Of a DNA stretch of 64,000 nucleotides, positions 14,278 through 27,519 are shown one piece after another. The notes beneath the pieces were generated by a model. That model made no database searches. It saw only the letters and a list, made by a program, of their open reading frames with translations, and had not been told where the DNA came from. The translations under genes were made by a program, and so were the position numbers. The stretch's first letter is position 1. Each line of letters begins with the position of its first letter. Origin of the DNA: Octopus vulgaris (lineage: Eukaryota); NCBI GenBank assembly GCA_951406725.2, contig OX597814.1, positions 222,704,001-222,768,000 on the forward strand, read 5' to 3'.

Positions 14278-15207
14278 GTGTATGTGTGTGTGTATAAATA
14301 CAATGCATTCCTATAGCTCGAATTCTCAAAGATTTTCAGTAATCTCAGAGAGACAATAATCTTTCGAGACAACATTGCACACATCGGAATGCATAATCAT
14401 CTTAGATCTAAGAAGAATAAACCATTTCTAGAGCAGATGATAAATCAGTGAACTGTGAAATATATGGATATGTGTGCACGATAATTGGATCTGAGACTTT
14501 AAACCCTGAAAACCATGACATTTCCTACTTAAGTATGTATGTATACACACACACACACACACACACACACATACGTATATATACATATACATACATACAT
14601 TGATGAGTGTGTTTACGCACGCAGGTGTATGTGTGTGGTTGTGAATGTGTGCGTATGTGTGTGTGCTGATGTGTGTGTGTGTGCTGGTGTGTGTGTGTGT
14701 GTAATTATGATATGCATGTATGTATGAATGTACGTATGTAAAACGTTTACTGCAGCCAGATGGTAGTAACTGATGCATGCTCGTATTAGAATAGTTCGTA
14801 TATTATTTCGCATTTTTATGTATATATATCACAGGAAATAGAGCTATATTTTACTTGTTCCTTTCTCTACTCTTATACTGTCCGAGATTTGTCATGATGA
14901 AATGTTCAGAATTAGAAATAATGCTCAAACATGAAGGCACTGGGACAAATACTGACCTACTTTAACATAACCACTGATAAACTGCTTCGGTTTGTTCGTA
15001 CTAGGCAATCTACGTAATCTATATACATACGCGGGAACACACAAATACATGCTCACAGACTCATATAACTACATATATGTGTGTATGCGTGTGCGTATAT
15101 ACGCATTTAGGTGTACACATATTTAGTGTATATACGTATGTGTGTGTGCGTGCGTATTCTTTTTCTTTTGGTTGGTCCAGTCATTTTGATTAGGGCCATT
15201 CTGGGGC

Positions 15208-15247
<40 letters not shown>

Positions 15248-15249
15248 AT

Positions 15250-15470
15250 AAATTAGAAAAAAAAACACCTTTTATCAATTCAATAGTGATAAATTAAATT
15301 AAAAATATATACCAAATATATACGTTTTATATATTATTTTGCAAATTACTTGATCATTGTTATATGTTTTATCTTATATTTAATCTTTCTATAATACGTA
15401 ATTTTCTAGATGGTGTAATTTAATTTTTCATTATTGCATTGATAAAAGGTTGTTTTTTGCTAATTTATAT
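15250..15470. repeat. Short element with imperfect inverted ends between microsatellites
   Basis: AAATTAGAAAAAAAAACACCTTTTATCAATTCAATA is inverted as TATTGCATTGATAAAAGGTTGTTTTTTGCTAATTT; resembles PLE terminal remnants (inference). Confidence 0.55.
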
Positions 15471-15616
15471 ATATATTATATTTTGTGAAATTTGATTTAG
15501 TATTTCTAAATTGAATTTTTTCTCTGTAAGTTTGGAATAATATTATATATATACATACATACATATATACATACATACATACATAAATAAATACATACAT
15601 ACATACATATATATTG

Positions 15617-15827
15617 GTTTCAAGTTTCGGCACAAGGCCAGCCATTCTGGTGGAAGCGGAAAGTCGATTACATCGACCGCAGTCCTCTGCTAGTACTTAT
15701 ATTATCGACTGAAAAAAGATGAAAGGCAAACTCGACCTCCACATAATTTAAAATCAGACCGCATATGCGGACTAAATGCGTTAAGCATTGTGTCTGCCAT
15801 GCAAACGATATGGCCAGCTAGCTGCCT
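15617..15827 (-). mobile_element. SINE family B, decayed
   Basis: GTCGATTACATCGACC...GATGAAAGGCAAACTCGACCTC matches the reverse complement of family B. Confidence 0.75.
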
Positions 15828-16014
15828 AGGTTTACAGGAAAGTGTTGGTATTAATATTATCATGTGAACCGTTAAAGGTTGAGCGCTTTCTCAGTATCCT
15901 TTGCGTAGCTGAAGGTATTGACGGAAACTAAAAAAGTATACCAGCCTCAGATCACTCACATGCACACGCATACACACACACATACATACAAATATATATC
16001 TATATATCTATCTA

Positions 16015-16065
<51 letters not shown>

Positions 16066-16279
16066 CGTTTGTATGCATATTAAACGCCTATATAACCATA
16101 CTCAGATGTCTCATTTCATCATACGAGGCACAACATTTCGTTTTCACATTAACAACTACTGTATATTAAATATATATCTCACACTCGTATCTAAAACACG
16201 AATAGGAACAAACCTCTTCATATCTATAGATTTGAAATTTAATATGGTTATGCTGAACGTGTTTCATCTATAATGAATA

Positions 16280-16679
16280 TCTTTATATATAAAAGTGAGG
16301 TTGTGTGCTGTCTGTCTCCTACGATTTAGATTCCTAACTACTCCCACATTTTGCGGTGCAGTTTAACCAAAACCGGGTATCTTATAGTCGTGATTCATAT
16401 CGAGCCCTTCTGGGTATTAGCGCGCGTCTACAATGAGTCTACGATTTAAAAAATAATTTACCATCGAGTTTTCCCATTTTTAATGCATTTTTGACATATA
16501 TAAGGGAAGTAACTCTCTAAAAATTTATTATTAAATCTCAGAACGTAAAAAGCTACAGTAACAACTCCCCCACTTTTGTGGTTAGCCATATTGAGATGGC
16601 TATTATACTTTACATCTCTAAAAATGCTTATATAGTTATTTCCTTTACAAACCCGAGCAACGCCGGGCGATACTGCTAG
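16280..16679 (+). mobile_element. Non-autonomous Helitron (400 bp)
   Basis: 5' A|TCTTTATATATAAAA; subterminal hairpin CCCGAGCAACGCCGGG; 3' CTAG|T. Confidence 0.9.
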
Positions 16680-17268
16680 TTAAATATACATCACACACTC
16701 GTATCTAAAACATGAATAGGAACAAACCTCTTCATATCTATAGATTTGATCTTTAATATGGTTATGCTGAACGTGTTTCATCCATAATGAATATTAATCA
16801 TAAATAGATTATTCTGTTTATATTTTAATAATAAATCTCAACTCTACAAATCCTACCTTTGATGTGAGTTAATAAACGTTTACAACTGTGGACATTGAAA
16901 ATCACTACCTACCGGCTAATTTGTTTACTAATTAGCTTCAAATCAGTTTTAAAGGAAGCAGATATATTTCATGTCCATATTTTTATAAATGTCAAGGAAT
17001 CCTACTCACGACACTTCTAACTAAACCTTCTCACACATACGTTCATTTACAATACACACACGCACACACATACACACCTATATATACATATATATATATA
17101 TATTGATGAGGAATCCTTGCAATACACCACGACGTCAAAAAACCTTTGAACTTTACGTAAAACTGTTATTATTGTCATTACTTTATTTTCATATTTATTT
17201 TTATACTTTCTGGACTTGATCGTTAGCCACTACACACATTTTTTTCTCTCCTTGTTTTTTCTGTGTCC

Positions 17269-17304
17269 CTTTCTGTAGAAGAGCATAGGCTCGAAACGTA
17301 AAAG
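17269..17304 (+). ncRNA. Degenerate minimal hammerhead motif in a short PLE-type repeat (about 17190-17395)
   Basis: CTTT-CTGTAGAA-GAGC/GCTC-GAAA-CG-TA-AAAG; the core deviates from CUGANGA. Confidence 0.55.
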
Positions 17305-17409
17305 ACTTTTTTCTATTCCTGAGCGTTATACTAATACATCTGTTTGTTTTGTACACCACCTGTCTTCGTCTTTTTTTTTCGTAAACTCTCTCTCTATATA
17401 TATATATAT

Positions 17410-20400
17410 GTAGTGTAAACAATTTTAGCGGTTATAATAATCGACTAAGGGACAAAATATCCATATATACTATCGGTATCCGTTACCCGTGTTATCACTG
17501 GGCACTGTGTTCAGCCATACTATGCACGTAGCGTACCGGCAACAAAAGGATAAACAAGAGTTTATCAGGAGCCAATGCAAATACTAAGAAAATAGAGAAA
17601 ACCCCAGATTAACAAGCTCACAGATTGGACCGCATTTATAGCTTATTTTTAATACAAAGCATGTCATAACAAATAGATGACGTAACATATCTTACGGCCA
17701 TTGCCGATCCGTTGCCAAAATGCTGTCTGTAAATAAATGCGAGAATAAAGTTCTTCATCTTCATAGGACATTCGAATTAAGGTACGGAGCTTCATCAGAG
17801 TAAAAAAACAAGACCATACAATATAAACAAAGGAGGGAAAGGAAAAGGAAAGTAAACAAGGCCTAGAAACAAGTCTAGAAGCCCAATATTTTAAAAGCAT
17901 ACAATCTACTATCTAGGGGCTACGAGGTCCGTAAAGAATGAGCTGGTAAAGTTCTAGGGAACACTACAATTTATTAACGGGTAGTTGCAATTTAAAGGGT
18001 CGAGGTAGAATGTTTAAAAAAGAAGTTATGAAGGAAATATATGTAAGGAAAATACTAACATGATTATCAAAGGGCCATACCTATGCTAGCGAGGTAAACT
18101 CTAATAATTGCATCCAAAACAATTACCATAGGGTGCTTAAGAAAATTTACTCACAGAAATTATTACTGAGAATCCCACCTATGGTCCAGCGGTCTCTACA
18201 ATTGGTCAGGTACAATTTGAACCGAGGTCACAGGTTAAAACCGTTACAATGGATTCAATAAAATATACAAGAAAAGAAAAAAGGTCCGGAGTAGAAGTCA
18301 ATGATATAGGTGGTGTGGGGTCGCTTATGTCCCTCAGCATCTTAATGTTATAACATGCACGAGGGAACAATGAAAAGAGAAAGGATCCACGGGTTGCGGT
18401 TATGGGGAGGCAACTAGAACAGGTAATTCCGCGATTCAATTAACGCTACGAGGAATTGAAATTGGACTAAACGCCATATATAGCGAATTGTGGTAATAAT
18501 TAGATATACAGGTGCGCAAGAAAGATCCATCCTATAGGTACACTACAATGCACGAATAAAAAATCACTTACAATTAGGCGGTTTATATTTAAGGCCAAAT
18601 CACATGTTGATAATTATCAAATAATGAAATACCCTAGTTGCCACAATATACTAAATATGCTTAATACGCAGTACATAGTCATTAAAGTTATATCGTTCCT
18701 ATTACTGTAAAACAATTTACAAGAGTATATTGGCGCTATATGAGTACAGTTAATGTCGGGTCCGCTGGCAAATTAGTACTATGAGAAAAGTTACCTTAAT
18801 TGAAACAATTTACTAAACATACTTAAAAAGCAGTAAGAAATACCCTATGATAAGAATGAAATGCTAATCAAATCTAATCATTAAAACTTATAAACAAAGG
18901 TATATTAAGACAAAGTTGTTGCAAAAAATACTATTAAAATCAACAGGCTGTGCTTATATTACATTACCATTAAATTAGATTATTCTTATCCATGAATCTA
19001 ATAAGTTTAAATTATAATCAAATAATTAAGTGAGTGCAGCGATACAATTTCAATCAACGGGCAACACTTACCATTCTACATAGTACAACAAATTTATGCA
19101 AATATCTTCTCGTAAACCCAACTAACATAGTTCCACAAACAAACAGACACATACAATGTAAGGTGGTTGAGGGTGGACATAGAGTACAATAAAATAAAGA
19201 AAAAATATTATATAATAAAAAATAAAATGAAAAACTTGAATAAATCAAACATGGGGCAAATATTGTTCGCAAACATGTAGGAATAATGACGTACATTAAA
19301 ATGGAGGAAAGGCAGTGGGTGGAGGAAAGAACATTAAGTTAGTAGCGAAATAAGTCCAAATTCCAGCAAGGGCCGACAAATAATACATCCATGTTGTAAA
19401 AGGTGCTAGAGGGTAAAGAAAGCAAAAAAGATTGGAAAAGCTAAAGTTGAAATTTAAATAAGATTTAGGATTTGAAGTAGTTGTTAGGGGTAAAAGACTA
19501 TATAGTAGAAAACCCTAGGCCTGTGTGTTCTCGGATCAGTTATTGTAGAAATAATAGGCATTAATACAAGGGGTTAGGGGATGATAATATTGGGATAACC
19601 CTAATTGGTATAAGAAATAGGTAACAGATATGGGTGGAGGGGATCATTTAAAACTTAGGAAAAGGGTAAGAGGACGGGTTGATTATTTGAATACCTACAA
19701 GAGCCTCAGTTATTCCTTACAAAACCAAATATGAATTAAGAAGTAAAATGCATAACTTACGTTATACTATCAAGGGCTACTATTATGGGGTAGTATAAGT
19801 ATTTCTAGTGTTATTTATATTTATCGAAAGTAGACCTCTCTTTGTGCAGGCAAGCTGTACTTTGCTCATCTCTCAAGTTCACTAGCGGATTGCATGCTGT
19901 TAGAATGTTTTAAAAAATCGTTAATGCAAAGATAAAATTTCCTTTTATTTTTATTATACGAAGGTGCAGTAACGAGGATCTCTAGATTTACTGTGAAACT
20001 AGTGTTACTATCTTTCAGCTCCCAAATCTACCTACTTAAACTTGTGAGAATTAAGTTTCTATTTCTAAAATGATATTGGTACGTGGCTAGTCTTCATTTT
20101 GGGTTGCTCCAATGTAAATCATTTTGGTTGACTGTGTTATGACTGTACGTTGGTAAATAACATCCTTAAATCTACAAGTTACCAAATGTACAATTATTCC
20201 TGTTCCTACAGTTACATAAGTTATGCTGTGAGGGTGAGTTGCTTCCTAGTGGGGTAGGATTAGGTCTATTCACGTTAAAGTGGTTATTTTCGGTTCTCAG
20301 TGTAATCTGTACTAAGGTTAGGGTAGTGTTTACTGTTATTGTTACTACTAATACCGCCGCCGATGCTATTTTTGTTTCTATTTGAGTAGAAAGCATCTTT

Positions 20401-21035
20401 TTTTTTTTCATTATTCAGGGAGGATATTATGCTTCCTAAATTATGTGTACTACTATTTATAAGTTTAGAATACCTATTATTCTTATCAAAATGCCCATTT
20501 ACAACTTTCAATAATTGCTTAGCTACGTTCGTCCTTCTTTGCATTGCGAAAGGGATTATAAACCACATCTTATCTCCCGATTTTCCAGTAGTTTCTTCGT
20601 GGATGGTGTGCTTATTGATATTATTTTTCCCGCGTCCATAGTCCCTCGTAGTTCTACCTAGTATGTCACTATTGTTTTTGTAGTTATTCATACAGTTACT
20701 AAATCTTGTCTTATTAGTGTCATTTGCTGCTGCTGCTGCTATCTGTGCATTTTTACAATGCTTGGGTGTATGACCATGCGCAATAATGTTGCGGTTAGCA
20801 TATTCGTCATTACTACTGTCCATTTCACGCTCGTGTGGGAAATATTTAATTCGTTTTCCATACTCCGCCTCCATAAGTGTCTTATCGTTTATATCCTTAG
20901 GACAATAAAATATGCCATCATTAGCTAAGAGATAGGAAATCCTTTTGCTAATGCCTCTAATTGCTGATTATGGATGGTTACTTTGATAGTTTATATTCAG
21001 GTTCTATTTGCTAAGAATCCACCCTTTTAATATCT
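17410..21035 (-). mobile_element. 5'-truncated Penelope-like element (C-terminal GIY-YIG) with a long 3' region
   Basis: WFIIPFA..TNVAKQLLKVVNGHF...HNLGSIISSLN, CNCRNRNNC and MIYIGATQNE in about 19850-21000 (frameshifted); decayed hammerhead near the far end (17689-17801); (TA)n on both sides. Assigning 17410-19800 to this element is inference. Confidence 0.75.
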
Positions 21036-21081
21036 ATGTATGTATATATATATATATATACATACATACATACATATATAC

Positions 21082-21119
<38 letters not shown>

Positions 21120-21120
21120 C

Positions 21121-21401
21121 ACCGTGATCATCGTGACCGACCAGGCTATCAGATGTTGCTACACATCGCTGGTCACAATGTGCTTCGCATTGTTTTAGCC
21201 TTCAAATGACGTCACCCCGCTGGCTAAGCGAGCAGGCCAACAGAAGAAAGAGTGAGAGAAAGTTGCGGCGAAAGAGTACAACAGGGATCACCACCACCCA
21301 CTGCCGGAGCATCGTGTTTTTGCTCAATAAGCACTCACAACGCCCGGTCTGGGAATCGAAACCGCGAGTCTGCTCCCCTAACCACTGGGCCATTGCCCCT
21401 C

Positions 21402-21403
<2 letters not shown>
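21121..21403 (-). mobile_element. tRNA-derived SINE, family C
   Basis: TGGCCCAGTGGTTAGG (A box), GGTTTCGATTCC (B box); head shared with 48610-48912. Confidence 0.85.
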
Positions 21404-21476
<73 letters not shown>

Positions 21477-21544
21477 GCAAAATGGGACAAGAACGCAAAA
21501 CATCCGGACAACTATATATATATACAGAGGCATACGTACACTTT

Positions 21545-21616
<72 letters not shown>

Positions 21617-22861
21617 CTCGTAAGGTAATAAAATAGGGCACTCAGCTCTAGCTTGTGAGATTCCAGGCTACTTTTCAAAATTCTTCAGGTGTTGGAAATC
21701 TTGGTTTCCCGACGGTAAAACCGTTTTGTGTGTTTGCCGAAGAGTATAATGTAATCAGAGAAAGAGAGATTTCAGCACACCATTAATGAGCAATTACAAT
21801 TGCTTCAAAAGTCCCAAGTAAAAATTTACGTAATATTTGCCGCTTTCAATGTGTGTGTGTGTGTGTCACTTCTTCAGAAGGCGCGCTCTTTTATTGTGAG
21901 ATGACAGACGTGGTAAAGTTGATTGTTGACAATCAGAAACAATACGTTAAATAATTGCTGTGGGAGCCCTCGTTCGGTTTCATATTGAATTATTCTTGGT
22001 TTACTGAACCTCGAATAATTCAATCAAGAAATTGAAATTAGCGCAGGATTTGCTTTTTACGATATACAAAAAAAAATAATGTTTTCTTTCCTGTTTGGTT
22101 AATGATTCTGAGAGTGAATTTTCGTTGGCATGAATTAGCTAAATTTCGCTCGCAGAGTGGATAAGCAATAGATATTAGCGTAAAATTGTAAGTGAATGTA
22201 TTTTTTTGACGGTAATGTAGTTTATTGGGAGAATATTTAATTATTATTTTCTGTTGGTACTTGATTTGTTTCGTTGATCTGAGCTGTGAGCAATTTAGGG
22301 TCAATAATATAATGAGTCCGTCTAATTCACAATAGACTTTTCTTGTTTCTCGAAGAAAATATTAGCATTGCTTCTAAGGAAGACGTCATGCATGAGTATA
22401 TATATACACACACGTATGCATGCATATATATGGAGGGATGATAGACGTACATATGTATATGTGTGCGTTGTGCTTGTGTATGTATACATATGTGTGTGTG
22501 TGCAAGTGTGCACGTGTTTATGTGTGTGTGTGCGTGTGTGCATGATCAATATGTACACTTGGGTGTTGCTTAAAGAGTAAGATGATTATTCGAGATTGCT
22601 AGTAATGTTTATACTATAATTTTTCACAGCTATATGAACGGCAACTAATGTACTAATGATCACTGATATCCGCTAGCATTTAGATGTGATATAGTGTTAT
22701 CTCCACATCACCGGTGACTCACATAACGACGCTAAGCTAATGATGAATCCTTAACACTTCGATAAAGTCTTTATCGTTTATCGCTGGCAATATGAAATAT
22801 TCTTGCCAATGAATTATCATGAGAAAATGTAGTTAGAAATCAACATTAAATCGTTTACATA

Positions 22862-22913
<52 letters not shown>

Positions 22914-22916
22914 ATC

Positions 22917-22995
<79 letters not shown>

Positions 22996-22997
<2 letters not shown>

Positions 22998-23317
22998 CAA
23001 CATCAATATTAGCAGTTGAGAAGCAATTGCCAGCAACCGTGGAGATAGACGACGTACCGTAAAAGAGGGAATACAAAGGAGTGACAGAGAGAGAGAGTGA
23101 AATGGAAAGACAAGAAAAGACATCAACAAGAAACTATGTCATTACAACCAGCCAGGAACAGTCTTCGCTACATTTGCGGTACCTGCCAGAGGGAGTGTTT
23201 GTCCAGGATAGGACTACACAGCCACAGCAGGAAATGTATCAGGACATGAAATGTAAAAGCCGGACTGGACTATTTTATGCGCAACTCCATTGTCTCCCGA
23301 GACAAAAAGGATGCCAA

Positions 23318-23320
<3 letters not shown>
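22996..23320 (+). mobile_element. RTE-clade LINE 3' end within (TA)n
   Basis: [17 protein letters not shown] (decayed W..A..R..WR) and terminal YICGTCQRECLSRIGLHSHSRKC*, followed by a short 3' UTR. Confidence 0.85.
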
Positions 23321-23402
<82 letters not shown>

Positions 23403-23693
23403 TTTATGATAACATGTTTTGGCCATTGATATATTTATAAATAATCTTAATTACTCATAATATATCCTTCGTACTGCTTTTACATTACTTTCTACTTATT
23501 TCAATTTTCCTAACTCATATCTGGTGATTTTGACGTTGCTCGAGATTACCAATCTTTATACACAAGCGCTGTGCAAGGCATATGAATTTAAAACTTAATT
23601 GTGTCGATAGAAGTAAAAATATTTCTATTGCTAACCGGGATTCAAGCTAACCGCAATGTAAAGTCTTGTTTTCATTTGTATCTATAGGAATAT

Positions 23694-23755
23694 TTCCCCT
23701 GACGAGGCGAATGGGTCCCTTATGTTGTCCCTAACGCCGAAATTGCAATGGGGAA
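23694..23755 (+). ncRNA. Minimal hammerhead motif, probably inactive (AUG at the cleavage triplet)
   Basis: TTCCC-CTGACGA-GGCG...CGCC-GAAA-TTGCAA-T-G-GGGAA. Confidence 0.75.
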
Positions 23756-24011
23756 TTAACCAATTATTTTCAAGTTGTGGATTCTATTTGCCATGTCGCC
23801 TGAAGACAGTTTTTATCGGAGGAGGAATAATATGATTGATATGATGGCGTTGTAGCGGTTTTGGCGGCTGTTTTTAACATGTAAGAGTTTTAACCGTCTT
23901 AGTTATACTTGTGACTTGTTCACAATTATAAACGTCATTTCTTCTTTATATTTTATGATAAGAGGTTTGGTCGTTGATTATTCATAAATAATCTTAATTA
24001 TTTATAATATA

Positions 24012-24155
24012 CATTATTTACATTTGACGGATATTTATCCTCATCTTGTTTGTTTTTAACAGAAAGTTTCGGCTGATATACTCTCCAGCCTTCATCAGGT
24101 ATCTTGGGGAAATTTCGAACCTGGGTTCTCATTCCTAAGGTATTTTTCGATGTTG

Positions 24156-24187
<32 letters not shown>

Positions 24188-24601
24188 TCTCTTTTTTTCT
24201 GTTTCTCTTTTACTTGTTTCAGTCATTTGACTGCGGCCATGCTGGAGCACCGCCTTTAATCGAGCAACTCGACCCCGAGACTTATTCTTTGTAAGCCCAG
24301 TACTTATTCTATCGGTCTCTTTTTTGCCGAACCGCTAGGTGACGGGGACGTAAACACACCAGCATCGGTTGTCAAGCAATGCTAGGGGAACAAACACAGA
24401 CACACAAACAAACACATATATATATATATACATATATACGACAGGCTTCTTTCAGTTTCCGTCTACCAAATCCACTCACAAGGCATTGGTCGGCCCGGGG
24501 CTATAGCAGAAGACACTTGCCCAAGATGCCACGCAGTGGGACTGAACCCGGAACCATGTGGTTGGTTAGCAAGCTACTTACCACACAGCCACTCCTGCGC
24601 C

Positions 24602-24664
<63 letters not shown>

Positions 24665-24745
24665 CATTATTATTATTATTAGTAGTAGTAGTAGTAGTTG
24701 TAGTATCATTTATTATTATTATTGTTATTGTTGTTGTTGTTGTTA

Positions 24746-24803
<58 letters not shown>

Positions 24804-24946
24804 CATTATTATTATTATTCAGATGAACTCTGGGGGTGTATCAGCCGAAACGTTGTGTTAAAAACAAAGAAGATGAGGACAAATATCCGTCAAATGTAAA
24901 TAATGTAAATAATGTGCATAATTCCATATCTCTTAAATATAGAACT
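24012..24946. mobile_element. PLE-type insertion made of two inverted terminal copies, with an approximately 14-bp TSD
   Basis: 24012-24100 is the reverse complement of about 24820-24907. Hammerhead CTGATGAA-GGCTG/CAGCC-GAAA on the minus strand at about 24058-24101; its 3' half GAAACGTTGTG on plus at 24847-24857. Flanks TTATTTATAATATA and TTATTTATGATATA. Confidence 0.72.
24190..24601 (-). mobile_element. SINE family A, full length, within a (TTA)n tract
   Basis: Near-identical to 2905-3306, with B box GGTTCAGTCC. Confidence 0.9.
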
Positions 24947-25087
24947 TTATTTATGATATATCCTTCCTAATGTTTTTACATTACTCTCTACTTATATATG
25001 TGTGTATGTTTGTGTGTGTGCGTGTGTGTGTGTGCGTGTGTGTGTCGATCTTTCTATCTATATACATATATTCATATATATATTTAT

Positions 25088-25295
25088 ACACACACATTTA
25101 TATATATGGCTAGGGTGTCAGCATCCTGATCGTAAGATTGTGGTTTCGATTCCTGGACCGGGCGACGCGTTGTGTTCTTGAGCAAAACACTTCATTTCAC
25201 GTTACTCCAGTCCACTCAGCTGGCAAAAATGAGTAACGCTGCGATGGAAACTGGCGTCCCGTCCAGCTGGGAGCACATATGCCATTGAAACCGGT
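25088..25295 (+). mobile_element. SINE family D with a V-SINE-like domain
   Basis: GGTTTCGATTCC; TTGAGCAAAACACTT...CCACTCAGCTG..AAATGAGTA; then GCGATGGAAACTGGCGTCCCGTCCAG. Confidence 0.8.
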
Positions 25296-25306
25296 ATATA
25301 TATACA

Positions 25307-25403
<97 letters not shown>

Positions 25404-25549
25404 TCCTCATCAGGCTTTTCCACAACACCACTGAGCTGCTCTCCACAAACAAATGGAACGTCATCCAGTGCAGTGGGATTTCAGAGGTGCTGTTGCACCA
25501 ACTTGACTGGTAACGTGTGTTATGTTCCTTTTTCTTCTTCTTCTTCTTC

Positions 25550-25611
<62 letters not shown>

Positions 25612-25749
25612 GAAAGCACAAGCAAAGCGACTTTTGTGTAAGAGATTAATAATGAGATACTTTTTTTCGGAATCATCTGCGGAAACAGTAAATAAGAAAA
25701 ATCCCGTTCTAGTTTTACAAACAGGTTTTCTGGTTGCTCGTTGTTCCAC

Positions 25750-26440
25750 CTATTTAATTTGAGTATAAAAAAGGTTCTCTTGGGAGGTATTTAATCAGAA
25801 TTATTATAACTTGTGATTCAAATTTGCGCAGAAATGGCAGGAAGTCACGCGTTAACAATAAATTTAAGAAATATGCTTTCAAATTATTTTCAAGCGAAAA
25901 CAAAGTATGTTATATATAAATGACAGAAAAGTGAACAAATTGACAAAGCTTAAGTTTAGCCCTTGTAGTTGTTACGCACACAAACTTGCGCATGCACGCA
26001 GAGCAATACTTTTGAAAATCCTGAAGGAAATTATAGAAAGAATAACAGTACAAATAGACACGACCACTTCGAAAAATGCGACATTTCACATGCCGCAAAC
26101 CGACACGAGACAGTAAATGGAAAAACAGAGATGTTTGTTTATTTGTCAGAAAAATTTACCAGGAAATGGCAACGAGCAAAGCGATGTAGATCTATCGGAG
26201 GTGGTTTCTATAAGAACTTGTAAAAGTGTTAGAAAGAGCCCCAGCCAACACGCAGCAGATTGTGTGCGCCATTTACCGATTCAGAGTACGCGGAAGTGTA
26301 TATTTGGTTCAAGATCCAGAACCAGCTATGAAGATAAAAAATCTCGGGTGAGTGTTGCAGTACACAGGACATAAGGATATGGATATATCATTGGAAAATG
26401 TAATAAACCTTGTATTGGCAGCTTTGTACAACAGCAAATA
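25750..26440 (+). pseudogene. Highly decayed piggyBac-like transposase
   Basis: Patches KWKNRDV (compare KWxDKRxV), TCAC (compare YACGT) and RHLP...RKC lie in plausible order; heavily frameshifted. Confidence 0.45.
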
Positions 26441-27320
26441 CAACCATGTTGCCAGCAGCAACATGTACGCTACATGAGGAAGTGAATTTGAATTAGCTTC
26501 AGCAAAAAGCGAAGCTGTATTTTTGAATTTCTATACTGTTAATCATAACATTTTTCATTCTTTCCCACTTACATTCTTTACTTTCCTTGCATATATTAAT
26601 TAATGATTTAATTAATTAGGCCAACAAAAATTTTCCAGGCAGATTAATTTTTTTTTTAAAGTTAATTACATAATTGCGTTAATTGATACACATATATCTA
26701 CAAAGTTAAAGATTTTAAGGAATGTCTTACGCATGGATAAATCTCGATTCAATTATCAAATTATACATCGGTAAATCCCTTATTGTAAGAATAGTTAAAT
26801 AGAATTTCAATAAAGGCTTCATAAAAAGCAGCATATCAAGAAACAAATAATGAATAAAAGTGGAACAATTTAACAGATCAATGATCATGACTAAACAAGC
26901 TCAACTAATTCGTAGAATAATTTGCTTTTATTTAAGCAATCCACTATACAAATGTCAAAATATAAAAAAAAAAAAATGAACAAGTTTTAAAAATAGGAAA
27001 TCAAAAAGAAACTTCAAGCGTAGGATTATTGGGAAAGAAATCTGTTTATTTAAATGTTTAAGCACATCAAAGAAATCTCAATGTAAAATATTGCTCTTTA
27101 ACAAATGTTGCATAATAATTAAATTTAACAACAATTTCCAAAGTAGTTCATACATATATGAGTGAATCCACGACCTATTTTCATGCGCACACATACATTA
27201 ATTAGTAGCATACATTAAAAGCACCACTTTTTAAATTTCTTGTGCAATGTATATGTGTATATTTATGTATATATAAAGAGAGAGAGAAATACATGGCTGA
27301 ATAGATATATATATACACAT

Positions 27321-27415
<95 letters not shown>

Positions 27416-27519
27416 TACACGCCTTTGTGTGTGAATGTATATATTGACCATATGGGCGGGTAGGATAAAGTCCCTTGTGTGAGTGTATATACGAGCGGCT
27501 GTGTGTGCAAATGTGTGTA

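Larger units (their letters stand above)
23400..24995 (+). mobile_element. PLE-type terminal repeat unit (about 550-bp period) with a hammerhead; second copy interrupted by a nested insertion
   Basis: 23400-23500 recurs as 23950-24011 plus 24947-24995; hammerhead motif at 23694-23755. Confidence 0.7.

Noticed and set aside
25405-25420. CTGATGAG on the minus strand
   Set aside because: It runs into a microsatellite with no GAAA half; at most a broken hammerhead.
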